A stretch of 64,000 nt of DNA, from the NCBI GenBank assembly GCA_943372215.1, contig CALRXU020000004.1, positions 62,115 to 126,114 of the forward strand. The letters run 5' to 3'. The position numbers and the translations under genes were made by a program. This document shows positions 9,256 through 19,820 of this stretch, piece by piece (the stretch's first letter is position 1; each line of letters begins with the position of its first letter). The notes under the pieces were generated by a model. That model was given only the letters and a program-made list of their open reading frames with translations, had not been told where the DNA came from and did not search any database. This stretch comes from Chitinophaga pinensis. GTDB lineage: Bacteria > Bacteroidota > Bacteroidia > UKL13-3.

Positions 9256-10029
9256 TTAGAATTTATCCATAATTCCCAGTCCAAATAACGCAAAATCATA
9301 TTGAACTGGGTCTTTTTTGTTGAAATTTTTTAAGGCATTGGTGAGTTCTACGGCAGCTTGCCAATCACTTTGTTCTCTTTGTAGCAATCCCAATTTAATG
9401 GCAACCCGCTGCACATGTAAATCAAGCGGACAAACCAATTGTGCTGGTTGAATTTTTTTCCAAATGCCAAAGTCTACCCCACAATCATCCTTACGCACCA
9501 TCCAGCGCAAAAACATATTTATTCTTTTGCACGCTGATTTTTGAGCAGGTGAAGCTACATGTTTTCTGGTTCGATGAGGCACATCAGGCAAACTAAAAAA
9601 CACTTCCCTAAAATGATTGAGGCCCCCTTCTACGGTTTGGTCAGTTCGTTTCATCCCACGGCTAAAGGCATCTTCTAATGAATGGTGCTGGCTGTACCAG
9701 TATTTAAAAAAATGAACAAAATACAGCAAGTCAGTATCATTAAAAGTTCTATGCTTAAAGCCGATTAAACGTTTCAAATCCTTATCCGTATGGTTCAGGA
9801 TAAAATCGTATGGATTTCCTCCCATGCGTTCAATCAGTTCTTGACATTTGTTAATAATGGTAATGCGTTGTCCCCAGGCAAAGGTGGCCGCAAAAAAGCC
9901 GGTAATTTCTATATTTTGTTGTTGGGTAAACTGATGAGGAATAACAATAGGGTCGTTTGGAATAAACGCCTTGGCATTGTATTGCTTTACTTTTTTATTT
10001 AATAATGAAGTAAGTTCTTTATGGCTCAT
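9256..10029 (-). CDS. TIGR02757/DUF2400 family protein
   Basis: DPIVIPH, KSACKRINMFLRWMVR and DPVQYDFALFG motifs. Confidence 0.88.
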   Translation of the reverse strand: MSHKELTSLLNKKVKQYNAKAFIPNDPIVIPHQFTQQQNIEITGFFAATFAWGQRITIINKCQELIERMGGNPYDFILNHTDKDLKRLIGFKHRTFNDTDLLYFVHFFKYWYSQHHSLEDAFSRGMKRTDQTVEGGLNHFREVFFSLPDVPHRTRKHVASPAQKSACKRINMFLRWMVRKDDCGVDFGIWKKIQPAQLVCPLDLHVQRVAIKLGLLQREQSDWQAAVELTNALKNFNKKDPVQYDFALFGLGIMDKF

Positions 10030-10141
10030 AAAAGAGTTTCAATAGTACTGATAATTGTGGTAAATCCGTTGATGTAAACACTATTGTTTTTACGCATAGA
10101 AGTATGTAGTTTGCCGCACAATAATTTAATTGTTCATAATC

Positions 10142-12202
10142 ATGAATTTAAAAACAATAATGATGGTTTCAGCTATGGGTGCGGGGGTATTGATGCAAGG
10201 TTGCAACAACGACCAAAAAAATGCCCATACAGAAGAAGGGGCTTCAAACTTTGAAGTAGAGTGCGATCGTTTTGCGGATTTGCAGGTACTTCGTTATGAA
10301 ATTACGGGTTTTGATGAACTTACCCCAAAACAAAAGGAACTAGCTTACTACCTGTTTGAGGCCGCCAATTGCGGCCGTGATATTATTTACGATCAAAACA
10401 ATAAAAACAACCTGTTGGTTCGTAAAACCATTGAAGCCATTTATGATGCCAACATTAAACATGAGGGTGAAGAGTGGAATAAGTTTGAGGAGTATGCAAA
10501 GCGGTTTTTCTTTTCAAATGGTGTTCATCACCACTACTCTAGTATTAAGTTTGTACCTGCTTGCAGTTACGAGTTTTTCGCAGGATTGGTAAAACAGGTA
10601 GATGCCTCTAAATTACCTTTGGAAGGCAAAACAGTTGATGCCTTTTTAAGCAACATAAAGCCCATCATTTTTGATATGAACGTAGATGCCAAAAAAGTGG
10701 ATTTAGCATCTGGTATTGATAATGTAAAGGCATCAGCCAATAATTTTTATGAGGGAGTTAGCCAAAAAGAAGTGGAGGATTTTTACAATGCTCGCATGAA
10801 AAAGGATGACCCTCAGCCAATATCGTGGGGCTTAAATAGCAAAATGGTGAAGGTTGATGGCAAAGTGATAGAGCAAGTTTGGAAAGTAGGTGGAATGTAT
10901 TCGGCCTCTATTGAAAAGATTGTAGGCTGGCTAGAAAAGGCTGTGCAAGTTGCTGAAAACGAAAAGCAACAAAAGGCTCTGGCATTATTGGTTGAGTATT
11001 ATAAAACAGGCGATTTAAAAAAGTGGGACGAATACAACATTGCTTGGGTAAACGATACAGAAAGTAGGTTAGATGTGGTAAACGGGTTTATTGAAGTGTA
11101 TGATGATGCCATTGGTAAACGCGCAAGCTACGAATCTGTGGTGTCTATAAAAGACATGGAAGCTACCAAACGGATTGCAGCTATTGCTAAAGAAGCGCAA
11201 TGGTTTGAAGACAACTCGCCATTAATGCCTGAACATAAAAAGAAGGAAGTAAAAGGGATTACCGCCAAGGTAATTACAGTGGTTCAGGAATCAGGAGCCA
11301 GTGCACAATCAACGCCAATAGGTATTAATCTGCCCAATGCCAATTGGATACGTCAAGAGCATGGTTCTAAATCGGTTTCACTCAGCAATATTGTGCGCTC
11401 TTATAATATTGTTGGAGCCAAGAGCCCTATGATGCAGGAGTTTGCACTAACCCCTGAAGAAATAGAAAGAAGTAAAAGACATGGTGCACTTGCAGGCGAT
11501 TTGCATACGGATATGCATGAGGTAATTGGTCATGCATCGGGTCAAATTAACAAAGGTGTTGGAGACCCTGACCAAACCTTAAAAAATTACGCCAGTACAT
11601 TAGAAGAAGCCCGTGCTGACTTGGTGGCACTCTATTACGTATATGACCAAAAATTGGTGGATATGGGTGTGATGCCAAGTTTAGAAGTGGGTAAGTGCGA
11701 ATATGATGGGTACATCCGCAATGGTTTAATTGTGCAACTTACACGCATTCCACTTGGAGAAAACTTAGAAGAAGCACATATGCGTAACCGCCAATTGGTA
11801 GCTGCTTGGGCTTATGAAAAAGGCAAAGCGGAAAATGTGATTGAATGGGTGAAAAAAGATGGAAAAACATTTGTGAAAGTGAATGACTACGACAAATTAC
11901 GTAAGCTGTTTGGTGATTTATTACGCGAAATACAACGAATCAAGTCAGAAGGAGATTATGCAGCAGCTACTGCTTTGGTTGAAGGCTATGGTGTAAAAGT
12001 GGACCAAGTGTTGTTAAAAGAAGTACGTGAGCGTTTTGAAAAGCTCAATGTGGCTGCTTATAAGGGTTTTATCCAACCAAGGTTAACCCCCGTAGTAAAA
12101 GGTGATAAGATTGTTGATGTGAAAGTAACATATCCGGATAATTTTTTGCAGAACCAACTGGAGTTGGGTAAAAAGTACGGGTATCTGCCAGTTAAAAATT
12201 AA
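10142..12202 (+). CDS. Dipeptidyl-peptidase III (M49), lipoprotein
   Basis: Lipobox-like MQGC, GINLPN, HEVIGH and EEARAD motifs; ATG at 10142 preferred over TTG at 10130. Confidence 0.92.
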   Translation: MNLKTIMMVSAMGAGVLMQGCNNDQKNAHTEEGASNFEVECDRFADLQVLRYEITGFDELTPKQKELAYYLFEAANCGRDIIYDQNNKNNLLVRKTIEAIYDANIKHEGEEWNKFEEYAKRFFFSNGVHHHYSSIKFVPACSYEFFAGLVKQVDASKLPLEGKTVDAFLSNIKPIIFDMNVDAKKVDLASGIDNVKASANNFYEGVSQKEVEDFYNARMKKDDPQPISWGLNSKMVKVDGKVIEQVWKVGGMYSASIEKIVGWLEKAVQVAENEKQQKALALLVEYYKTGDLKKWDEYNIAWVNDTESRLDVVNGFIEVYDDAIGKRASYESVVSIKDMEATKRIAAIAKEAQWFEDNSPLMPEHKKKEVKGITAKVITVVQESGASAQSTPIGINLPNANWIRQEHGSKSVSLSNIVRSYNIVGAKSPMMQEFALTPEEIERSKRHGALAGDLHTDMHEVIGHASGQINKGVGDPDQTLKNYASTLEEARADLVALYYVYDQKLVDMGVMPSLEVGKCEYDGYIRNGLIVQLTRIPLGENLEEAHMRNRQLVAAWAYEKGKAENVIEWVKKDGKTFVKVNDYDKLRKLFGDLLREIQRIKSEGDYAAATALVEGYGVKVDQVLLKEVRERFEKLNVAAYKGFIQPRLTPVVKGDKIVDVKVTYPDNFLQNQLELGKKYGYLPVKN

Positions 12203-12220
12203 TTGTAAACAGTTTAATTC

Positions 12221-12247
12221 AACGCCTGCAATTTATTGCAGGCGTTT
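12221..12247 (+). terminator. Intrinsic terminator
   Basis: AACGCCTGCAAT-TT-ATTGCAGGCGTT followed by Ts. Confidence 0.75.
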
Positions 12248-12261
12248 TGTTATTTTTGAGT

Positions 12262-12873
12262 ATGAAAAAAATGAAATGGATTGCCTTTTTGCTGGCGTTT
12301 GGTATCAGCCAAACTTATGCCCAACTTGATATATTTACATTAGGAGCCAAGGTAGGAATAAACCAAGGGCAACTTACCAAAGCCCCAGCACTTACCTCTC
12401 CAACTACTACGGGTAGTTTTGTTATTGGAGCGTTTAGCAGGGTGAAGTTTCTCTCTTTTTATGCAGGTCCTGAAATTGTATTTACCCAACGCAGGGGCGT
12501 TTTTAAAGACGATTCTACCAAGCTTACCATTACCAATACCTTTTCATATTTTGATGTTCCTGTTTTAATAGGCGTTAAACTATCCGCTTTTAGGGCATAT
12601 GCAGGACCTAATTTTCAATTTTTATTGAGTGCAAATCAAACCGGAACAGCAAGTCTTAAGGACCCAAACTTTAAAAAGAGCAACTTTAACTCTTCAACTG
12701 TTGGCATGCAATTAGGTGTTGGCCTTGATTTAGGTAATATTGTGCTTGACGTGAGATATGATGGCAGCTTGGGAAATATGGGTAAAAAGATTGTGTCTGC
12801 CACAGGCACACAAGTAGACTATAGTACCAAATCCAGAATGGTGCAACTTACCATAGGCTATAAGTTTTTATAA
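12262..12873 (+). CDS. Outer-membrane beta-barrel (porin-family) protein
   Basis: Signal peptide, GAKVGIN, YFDVPVL, AGPNF and terminal TIGYKFL. Confidence 0.8.
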   Translation: MKKMKWIAFLLAFGISQTYAQLDIFTLGAKVGINQGQLTKAPALTSPTTTGSFVIGAFSRVKFLSFYAGPEIVFTQRRGVFKDDSTKLTITNTFSYFDVPVLIGVKLSAFRAYAGPNFQFLLSANQTGTASLKDPNFKKSNFNSSTVGMQLGVGLDLGNIVLDVRYDGSLGNMGKKIVSATGTQVDYSTKSRMVQLTIGYKFL

Positions 12874-13227
12874 ATGCACATTGAATTGCTTAGAGAGGTT
12901 TGTCTCAGTAAAAAAGGCACAGAAGAAACCTTGCCATTTGGGCCAGATACGTTGGTTTTTAAGGTGATGGGTAAAATGTTTGCGCTTACTTCTCTAAGTG
13001 AACCCAATAGCTGTAACCTAAAATGTGACCCCGGTTATGCGCTTGAACTAAGAGCAGAATACGATGCTATTAAACCAGGTTACCATATGAACAAACAGCA
13101 TTGGAACACCATAACCTATAATTTAGATGCTTCTGATAAATTAATTATAGAGCTGGTGCAACACTCATATGATTTGGTGGTAAGCTCATTGCCCAAAAAA
13201 GTAAAAGCAGAACTTGAGCAATTGTAA
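12874..13227 (+). CDS. MmcQ/YjbR family DNA-binding protein
   Basis: PFGPDTLVFKVMGKMFA, NLKCDP and PGYHMNKQHW motifs. Confidence 0.93.
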   Translation: MHIELLREVCLSKKGTEETLPFGPDTLVFKVMGKMFALTSLSEPNSCNLKCDPGYALELRAEYDAIKPGYHMNKQHWNTITYNLDASDKLIIELVQHSYDLVVSSLPKKVKAELEQL

Positions 13228-13233
13228 TGTAAT

Positions 13234-13326
13234 ATGAAAACAGCACTATTTTTTGAACTCGCAGGAAGCATTATTCTTATTGTTGTTTGCGTACTTGGCT
13301 TATACCGCTTGCGCAAGCGAAAGTAA
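13234..13326 (+). CDS. Putative 30-aa single-pass membrane microprotein (MKTALFFELAGSIILIVVCVLGLYRLRKRK)
   Basis: ATG in A-rich context 6 nt after the yjbR stop; hydrophobic helix plus basic tail; fills the gap exactly. Confidence 0.5.
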   Translation: MKTALFFELAGSIILIVVCVLGLYRLRKRK

Positions 13327-15189
13327 TTAGTGCGTTTTATTCTCAATCAAGCGATTGTTGTATTGTTGAATGCTTGCTTTTAACTGCAATTCCAAAACGT
13401 TTTTTGTGTTTTGAATAGAATCCTGTGTTGTTGACATCAAATTATTTGTCATTTCAGGATCATCGTTAATGTTATAAAATCCAATGGTTTGTTCACCATT
13501 AAATTTAAGTACGTAAGGGTATTTAATTAATTGGTAAACACCAGCAATAAATTGAATGGCATTCCCGCTAAAAAAGCTAAAATAGTTGGTGCCTTTTGGT
13601 AAGGTGTTTTGAAGAATAAGATGTGAAATGCCCAATTGATCCATAGTACTATCAACCATGGTGTACTTGGCTTTGCTGGGGTCAAACACCACCAATGGGA
13701 TTGAAAACTTACCGTGAGAGGTTTGGTAGTAAGGAACCATACTTTCGCTGGTGTGGTCTGCAGTAATAATAAAGATGGTATTGTTGTACCAAGGCTGCAA
13801 TCTGGCGGTATTAAAAAATTGTTTCAATGAGAAATCAGCGTATTCAATGGTAGCATGTATGGGCAATGGTCCCCCTTTAAAAACATTTTTATAAGCAGGA
13901 GGCAATTCGTAAGGATGATGAGATGAAAGGGTGAATACGGTGCTGTAAAATGGTTGTTTTTGGTTTGTCAATGTCGATGCCACATATTGCAAGTAAGGTT
14001 CATCAGGGATCCCCCAGTTCCCGTCAAAATCTTTGTCCTTGTTGGGGTATTCGTTCAATCCAAAATAATCTCCCGTCTGGGTTGTGGCTACAAAACGATC
14101 AAAGCTCATGGTGCCATTTTTGCCCCCATGAAAAAAGTTGGTAACATAACCGTTTTGAGCTAAATAGTAACCTGTGCCATGTAGGGTATTGGTTTGGTAA
14201 AAACTATTGATGTAATCACTCTGCATCCAACTTGGTAAACCAGCAAGTACGGCCGGTATTCCCTCTATGCTTCGCGTACCGTTGGCATAAGCATGCTCGT
14301 AAACCGTGCTATATTCCATCAAAGAATCCAAAAATGGTGTATACTGCTGGTGCTTTTGGTGAAAGCCAACATACTCTTTTCCCAAGCTCTCAACAATAAG
14401 TAGTACCACATTTTTTCCGGCCCATGCCGGTTGCACAGCAGTTCGGTAAGGATTAAAGAGTTGTGCCGCTTTTTCGTTAGGCAGGTATGTTTTTCTATCA
14501 ACACCAACTTGCTCAATGGTAAGTAATAGTTGAAAAGGAGTGTTCAAGGTAAGTGGCATCAAATCTGCCCCAGCCATTTTAGCGGCATCCAGTGTGTTGA
14601 GTGGCTTCAGCCCAACACCTCCTCTTGCACCAATAAAGGCACATGCACTAAGCACCACACAAAGAACCAGCTCCAACCAACGTTTGGGTTTAGTAGTATT
14701 GGGTTTATAGGTTACCCTTGGATAAACCTTCCACACCCCCCAAAGCATAAATACCAGTATCAATAATAGAAACCAATAATCCAATAAATAAGTATGAATA
14801 GGAGCATTACCACCCCCTTGTAGCTTAATTAATTCAAAACCACTTCGTTTTCCTGTAAATGTAAAATAGCCTATGTCAATGAGGTTCAGCAGTACCAGCA
14901 AAAAAATACCCAACATAAAAAGCCCTTTTAGTAAACCCTGGTACCATTTTTTGTTTCGTATGGCAAGCGGTAAGGCATGCAGAAGGATTACTATTCCCAA
15001 AAAATACATGATGGCTGATGTATCAAACCAAACACCACTTGCAAATGATTTTAGTAAGTTCGGAATAGGTATGGAAGAAAAAGCTTGGTAGTTAAATATA
15101 AAAAAAAGTAACCTACACAAACTCATTACACCAAAGGCAACAAACAAGCGTTTAAAAAGGGCAGAAAGGTGAGGAAATAGCGCAATCAC
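13327..15189 (-). CDS. LTA synthase family / sulfatase-like phosphoglycerol transferase
   Basis: About five N-terminal TMs, NVVLLIVESL, TLSSHHPY and ITADH motifs. Confidence 0.88.
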   Translation of the reverse strand: MIALFPHLSALFKRLFVAFGVMSLCRLLFFIFNYQAFSSIPIPNLLKSFASGVWFDTSAIMYFLGIVILLHALPLAIRNKKWYQGLLKGLFMLGIFLLVLLNLIDIGYFTFTGKRSGFELIKLQGGGNAPIHTYLLDYWFLLLILVFMLWGVWKVYPRVTYKPNTTKPKRWLELVLCVVLSACAFIGARGGVGLKPLNTLDAAKMAGADLMPLTLNTPFQLLLTIEQVGVDRKTYLPNEKAAQLFNPYRTAVQPAWAGKNVVLLIVESLGKEYVGFHQKHQQYTPFLDSLMEYSTVYEHAYANGTRSIEGIPAVLAGLPSWMQSDYINSFYQTNTLHGTGYYLAQNGYVTNFFHGGKNGTMSFDRFVATTQTGDYFGLNEYPNKDKDFDGNWGIPDEPYLQYVASTLTNQKQPFYSTVFTLSSHHPYELPPAYKNVFKGGPLPIHATIEYADFSLKQFFNTARLQPWYNNTIFIITADHTSESMVPYYQTSHGKFSIPLVVFDPSKAKYTMVDSTMDQLGISHLILQNTLPKGTNYFSFFSGNAIQFIAGVYQLIKYPYVLKFNGEQTIGFYNINDDPEMTNNLMSTTQDSIQNTKNVLELQLKASIQQYNNRLIENKTH

Positions 15190-15257
15190 AGCTACAAATA
15201 TAATGTTTGAAAAATAAGCATTGTATTTTAAAACCCTTTTGTATAATTGCCTCGCAA

Positions 15258-16274
15258 ATGAATATTCAACAAAACATTTCGCTTAAGGCTTACAATACGT
15301 TTGGTATTGATGTAAAAGCCAGGGAGTTTGTGGCTATAAGCAGCATGGATGAATTGTGCATTTTATGTGCTGCATTTAATTTAATTGACCGTAAAATTCT
15401 TGTTTTAGGTGGGGGCAGCAACTTGTTGCTAACCCAGGACTTTGATGGGATGGTGATTAAAATGAATTTGAAGGGTATTGAAGTGGTTGGAGAGAATGAC
15501 GACTATGTTTGGGTAAAAAGTATGGCAGGGGAGATGTGGCATGAGTTCGTGTTGTATTGCATTGCCAATAATTTAGGGGGGGTAGAAAACTTAAGCTTAA
15601 TACCAGGTTGTGTTGGCGCTGCTCCAATGCAAAACATTGGCGCTTACGGGGTAGAGATTAAAGATACTTTTGATAGTTTAGAGGCTGTGGAAATAGCTAC
15701 TGGAGAGGTTGTTCATTTTAGCAACACCGATTGCCGCTTTGGTTATCGGGAAAGTATTTTTAAGCAGGAAGCAAAAGGGAAATATATTATTGCCTCAGTT
15801 ACTTTCAGGCTAAGTAAAAAACCAGTGTTTAGCATGAGTTATGGGGCTATCCAACAAACGTTGGATAAGAATGGAATTACAACACCAACAGTTAAATCCA
15901 TTAGTGACGCTGTCATTCACATTAGAAAAACCAAATTACCAGATCCAGCCGTGTTGGGTAATGCGGGAAGTTTTTTTAAAAATCCTGAAATTCCTCAAGA
16001 ACAATTTGAAAGCCTTAAAACCAGTCATCCAGATATTGTTGGTTATCCTGCAAGTAAAGGTCATATTAAAGTGGCCGCTGGATGGCTCATAGAGCAATGT
16101 GGCTGGAAAGGGAAAGTGGTTGGAAATACAGGCTCACATAAAGATCAGGCATTGGTATTGGTCAATTACGGAAACGCCTCAGGCAATGAAATATGGCAAC
16201 TTGCCATGGACATCCAGCAAAGCGTGCAAGCCAAGTTTGGCATTACCATCACTCCCGAAGTGAATGTGGTTTAA
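15258..16274 (+). CDS. murB: UDP-N-acetylenolpyruvoylglucosamine reductase
   Basis: LGGGSNLL, IPGCVGAAPMQNIGAYG, FGYRES and GNAGSFFKNP motifs. Confidence 0.96.
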   Translation: MNIQQNISLKAYNTFGIDVKAREFVAISSMDELCILCAAFNLIDRKILVLGGGSNLLLTQDFDGMVIKMNLKGIEVVGENDDYVWVKSMAGEMWHEFVLYCIANNLGGVENLSLIPGCVGAAPMQNIGAYGVEIKDTFDSLEAVEIATGEVVHFSNTDCRFGYRESIFKQEAKGKYIIASVTFRLSKKPVFSMSYGAIQQTLDKNGITTPTVKSISDAVIHIRKTKLPDPAVLGNAGSFFKNPEIPQEQFESLKTSHPDIVGYPASKGHIKVAAGWLIEQCGWKGKVVGNTGSHKDQALVLVNYGNASGNEIWQLAMDIQQSVQAKFGITITPEVNVV

Positions 16275-16334
16275 ATGGCTTTGCCAATACTAAATCACTA
16301 GCAATCCCTCCTAAATTCCTATATTCGCACCTTT

Positions 16335-17747
16335 ATGCGGAAACGAAAATTTATACCCTATACCATTGAGCAGTTGGAAATAACTAACGCAGGAAGCGAG
16401 GGTAAAAGCATTGCACGCCATAACGACAAAGTAATTATGGTTGATTATGCTGTACCTGGAGATGTGGTGGATGTAAAGGTAAACAGCACCAAAAAGTCGT
16501 TTAGTTTTGCCACCATCCAACATATTGTTAAACCCAGTGCTGATAGGGCGGATACCTTTTGTAGCCACTTTGGTTTGTGCGGAGGTTGCAAATGGCAACA
16601 AATGAGTTATGAGGCACAATTGCGCTATAAACAACAACAAGTGGTTGATGCTTTTGAACGGATTGGCAAATTTCCCTTTGCTGGTTTAACGCCTATTATT
16701 GGAAGTGAAAACACCATTTATTACCGCAACAAATGTGAGTTTAGTTTTGTTGACCGCAAATGGCTAACCAGCATGGATGAAATGGAAACCCTTAGCGAAG
16801 ATGAGCGCAAAGGATTAGGTTACCATATCCCAGGTCGTTTTGATAAAATATTTGATGTAGAACATTGTTACTTGCAACACCAGGTTGCCAACGATATTAG
16901 AAATGCGGTGCGGGATTTTGGCAAGGCCAATAGTTATGAGTTTTTTAATCCATATAGCCAAGAAGGATTTTTAAGAAATATTATTCTAAGAAATAACCGT
17001 GCAGGCGAGTGGATGGTGATTCTATGTTTTAAAAAAGAAGACCAAGAAAAGCGTGAGGCTATTCTGAATCATATTCATGAGCAATTCCCTCAGGTAAAGG
17101 CCTTGCTTTACATCATTAATCCAAAGATGAATGATACTATTTATGATCTAGAGGCACAGGTGTACAAGGGAGAGGATCATTTAATAGAAATGCTGGAAGA
17201 TTTAAGGTTTAAAATTGGACCAAAGTCTTTTTTTCAAACCAACACCTTACAAACCCAAGCCCTTTATGCAAAAACAAGGGAGCTTGCTGGTTTAACAGGA
17301 ACTGAAAATGTATACGATTTGTACACAGGAGTGGGCTCCATTGCACTTTTTGTATCAAAACAAGCCAAACAAGTTATTGGTATTGAAAACGTAGAACCTG
17401 CTATTGAAGATGCTAAAATAAATGCGGCATTAAACAACATTACCAATACCCACTTTTATGCTGGGGATATGAAAGATGTGTTAAACGATGCCTTATTTGA
17501 AAAGCATGGAAAGCCTGATGTGATTATTACGGACCCTCCAAGAGCAGGCATGCATCCAGATGTGATTACAAAAATATTGGAAGTAGCAGCACAAAAAGTG
17601 GTGTATGTAAGTTGCAATCCTGCTACACAAGCTAGAGACATTGCATTGATGCAAGAAAAGTATGAAGTAATGCATGTACAACCGGTAGACATGTTTCCAC
17701 ATACCCATCACGTAGAAAATATAGCGTTGTTAACCTTGAAAAAGTAA
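16335..17747 (+). CDS. rlmD: 23S rRNA (uracil-1939-C5)-methyltransferase
   Basis: TRAM domain, CSHFGLCGGC, SFFQTN, DPPRAG, YVSCNP and DMFPHTHHVE motifs. Confidence 0.94.
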   Translation: MRKRKFIPYTIEQLEITNAGSEGKSIARHNDKVIMVDYAVPGDVVDVKVNSTKKSFSFATIQHIVKPSADRADTFCSHFGLCGGCKWQQMSYEAQLRYKQQQVVDAFERIGKFPFAGLTPIIGSENTIYYRNKCEFSFVDRKWLTSMDEMETLSEDERKGLGYHIPGRFDKIFDVEHCYLQHQVANDIRNAVRDFGKANSYEFFNPYSQEGFLRNIILRNNRAGEWMVILCFKKEDQEKREAILNHIHEQFPQVKALLYIINPKMNDTIYDLEAQVYKGEDHLIEMLEDLRFKIGPKSFFQTNTLQTQALYAKTRELAGLTGTENVYDLYTGVGSIALFVSKQAKQVIGIENVEPAIEDAKINAALNNITNTHFYAGDMKDVLNDALFEKHGKPDVIITDPPRAGMHPDVITKILEVAAQKVVYVSCNPATQARDIALMQEKYEVMHVQPVDMFPHTHHVENIALLTLKK

Positions 17748-17752
17748 CTCAA

Positions 17753-18127
17753 ATGGACAAAGAACTAACGGTAAGCCTGGAATTACTCAAAGATGATATC
17801 GCTTTTTATAAGGATATGCTTAAGGAAGTGTCATCCGATATTTTAAAGGAAGGATTCAGCAAGTTCCCGGTTTTTATAGCTCATCAAGAACCCATTAAAA
17901 TTGGTGAGATGATTATTGATGCCAGCGAGTATAGCCGTTCTTATAACATCAGCGCAACGGTATTAGAGGAGTTATTGGAGAAAAATATTGTAACCAAAGA
18001 GCGAGAAGAAAGCTTTAAAGCAGCGTATAAAAATCCTGAACAATTTTTATGCATACTGCTGGTAACGGAAAAAGGCGCCAGCTTTGTGTTTGTGCCGTTT
18101 AAAAAGGTAAAGGGGGATGATGAATAA
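17753..18127 (+). CDS. Conserved hypothetical protein
   Basis: Tightly linked ORF between rlmD and a GT2; contains SKFPVFIAH and FVFVPF. Confidence 0.7.
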   Translation: MDKELTVSLELLKDDIAFYKDMLKEVSSDILKEGFSKFPVFIAHQEPIKIGEMIIDASEYSRSYNISATVLEELLEKNIVTKEREESFKAAYKNPEQFLCILLVTEKGASFVFVPFKKVKGDDE

Positions 18128-19160
18128 CCCCAAGGTAGCTGTTGTTATAGTACATTGGAACCGTAAGCAATTGCTGGAACAGTTTCTGCCTGCCTTAATG
18201 AAAACAACCTATCCCAATGTGGATATTGTGGTGGCAGATAATTGCTCAGATGATGATTCAGTTGCTTTTTTAACCGAACACTACCCAACCGTAAAAGTGG
18301 TGTTGAATGATAAAAACTATGGATATGCCGGAGGGTATAACCATGCATTGCAACACGTTACTGCGGAGTATTTTGTATTATTAAACAATGATATAGAGGT
18401 AACTCCAAATTGGTTAGAACCCATTGTTGAAGTGATGCAAAACAATGCTCATATTGCAGCAGCACAGCCCAAAATATTGGATTATAACAGCCGCAATAAA
18501 TTTGAGTATGCCGGAGCAGGTGGGGGATATATTGATTCATTGGGTTACGCATTTTGCAGAGGCCGTTTGTTCGAGGTGCTAGAAACAGACGCAAACCAAT
18601 ACAATGATACCACCACCGTTTTTTGGGCAACGGGAGCTTGTATGATGGTGAGGTCAGTTGTATTTAAACAACTAGGCGGATTTGACGAACACTTTTTTGC
18701 CCACATGGAAGAAATTGACTTGTGTTGGCGCATGCAATTGGCCAACCACCAATTGATGGTTGTGCCCCAATCTATCGTGTATCACGTTGGTGGGGGTACC
18801 TTGAATAAACAAAGTCCACAAAAAACGTATCTTAATTTCAGGAATAACCTGATTATGCTTACCAAAAATTTGCCATTAATCACATTATGTTGGCTAATTC
18901 CTTTCAGGGCACTGCTTGATTTGTTGGGGTCATTGTTTTTTATGATGAACGGATTACCCAAATACAGCCTAGCGGTGCATAAGGCCCATGCTCATTACTT
19001 CTTTCAATTTGGCAAATGGTGGGGCTTACGTAAGCAGAATAAAACCTTTAAGCCCATGCACCAATTAAAGGGAGTTTATAAAGGCAGTGTGGTTTGGGAG
19101 CATTTTATTCATAAAGTAAAGTACTTTTCTGAACTTAACGCGTCTAAATTTCTCAAATAG
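18117..19160 (+). CDS. Glycosyltransferase family 2
   Basis: VVIVHWN, DNCSDD, LLNND, WATGAC and HMEEIDLCWR motifs. Confidence 0.92.
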   Translation: MMNNPKVAVVIVHWNRKQLLEQFLPALMKTTYPNVDIVVADNCSDDDSVAFLTEHYPTVKVVLNDKNYGYAGGYNHALQHVTAEYFVLLNNDIEVTPNWLEPIVEVMQNNAHIAAAQPKILDYNSRNKFEYAGAGGGYIDSLGYAFCRGRLFEVLETDANQYNDTTTVFWATGACMMVRSVVFKQLGGFDEHFFAHMEEIDLCWRMQLANHQLMVVPQSIVYHVGGGTLNKQSPQKTYLNFRNNLIMLTKNLPLITLCWLIPFRALLDLLGSLFFMMNGLPKYSLAVHKAHAHYFFQFGKWWGLRKQNKTFKPMHQLKGVYKGSVVWEHFIHKVKYFSELNASKFLK

Positions 19161-19166
19161 TATGCT

Positions 19167-19589
19167 TTAAGGTTGAAGCAAGAAGTTACTTAAAGCCAAC
19201 TGGTAGCTGGCCAAGCCAAATCCACTGATAGCGCCTTTACAGTGTTTGGCTAACAGCGAAACATGTCTAAACTCTTCTCGGGCAAATATATTGCTGATAT
19301 GCACCTCAATCACTGGTGTTTTAATAGCTGCAATGGCATCTGCTAAAGCCACAGAAGTGTGGGTATAGCCGCCAGCATTCAAAATAATGCCATCATAATC
19401 AAAGCCAACCTCGTGCAATTTGTTGATAAGCTCTCCCTCCACATTACTTTGGTAATAACGTAATGTGGCCTGCGGAAACTCTTTTTGCAGCTGGGTAAAG
19501 TAACTTTCAAATGAAGTGTTTCCATAAACCTCAGGCTCTCGTTTTCCTAAAAGATTCAAATTAGGTCCATTGATGATGATGATGTTCAT
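19167..19589 (-). CDS. aroQ: Type II 3-dehydroquinate dehydratase
   Basis: NGPNLNLLGKREPEVYG and EVHISNIFAREEFRH motifs. Confidence 0.97.
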   Translation of the reverse strand: MNIIIINGPNLNLLGKREPEVYGNTSFESYFTQLQKEFPQATLRYYQSNVEGELINKLHEVGFDYDGIILNAGGYTHTSVALADAIAAIKTPVIEVHISNIFAREEFRHVSLLAKHCKGAISGFGLASYQLALSNFLLQP

Positions 19590-19820
19590 TTGTTATCAAT
19601 TAAAGTTTCAAACTTAGAGGTATTTGTTAAATAAATGTTATGCCTTTTTTATGGGAAAATTTAGTTCGTTTTTTAAGAGGCTTGTAATTAGTTAATTGTG
19701 GTCTAAATCATCGGTGTAAGCTACTAATAAGCGTAATAATTGGTCTAATATAAAGTTAATTTAGACAGAATAGGTAGGGGTATAAGCCCATATCTTTGTC
19801 ATATCATTAAATCATATTAT

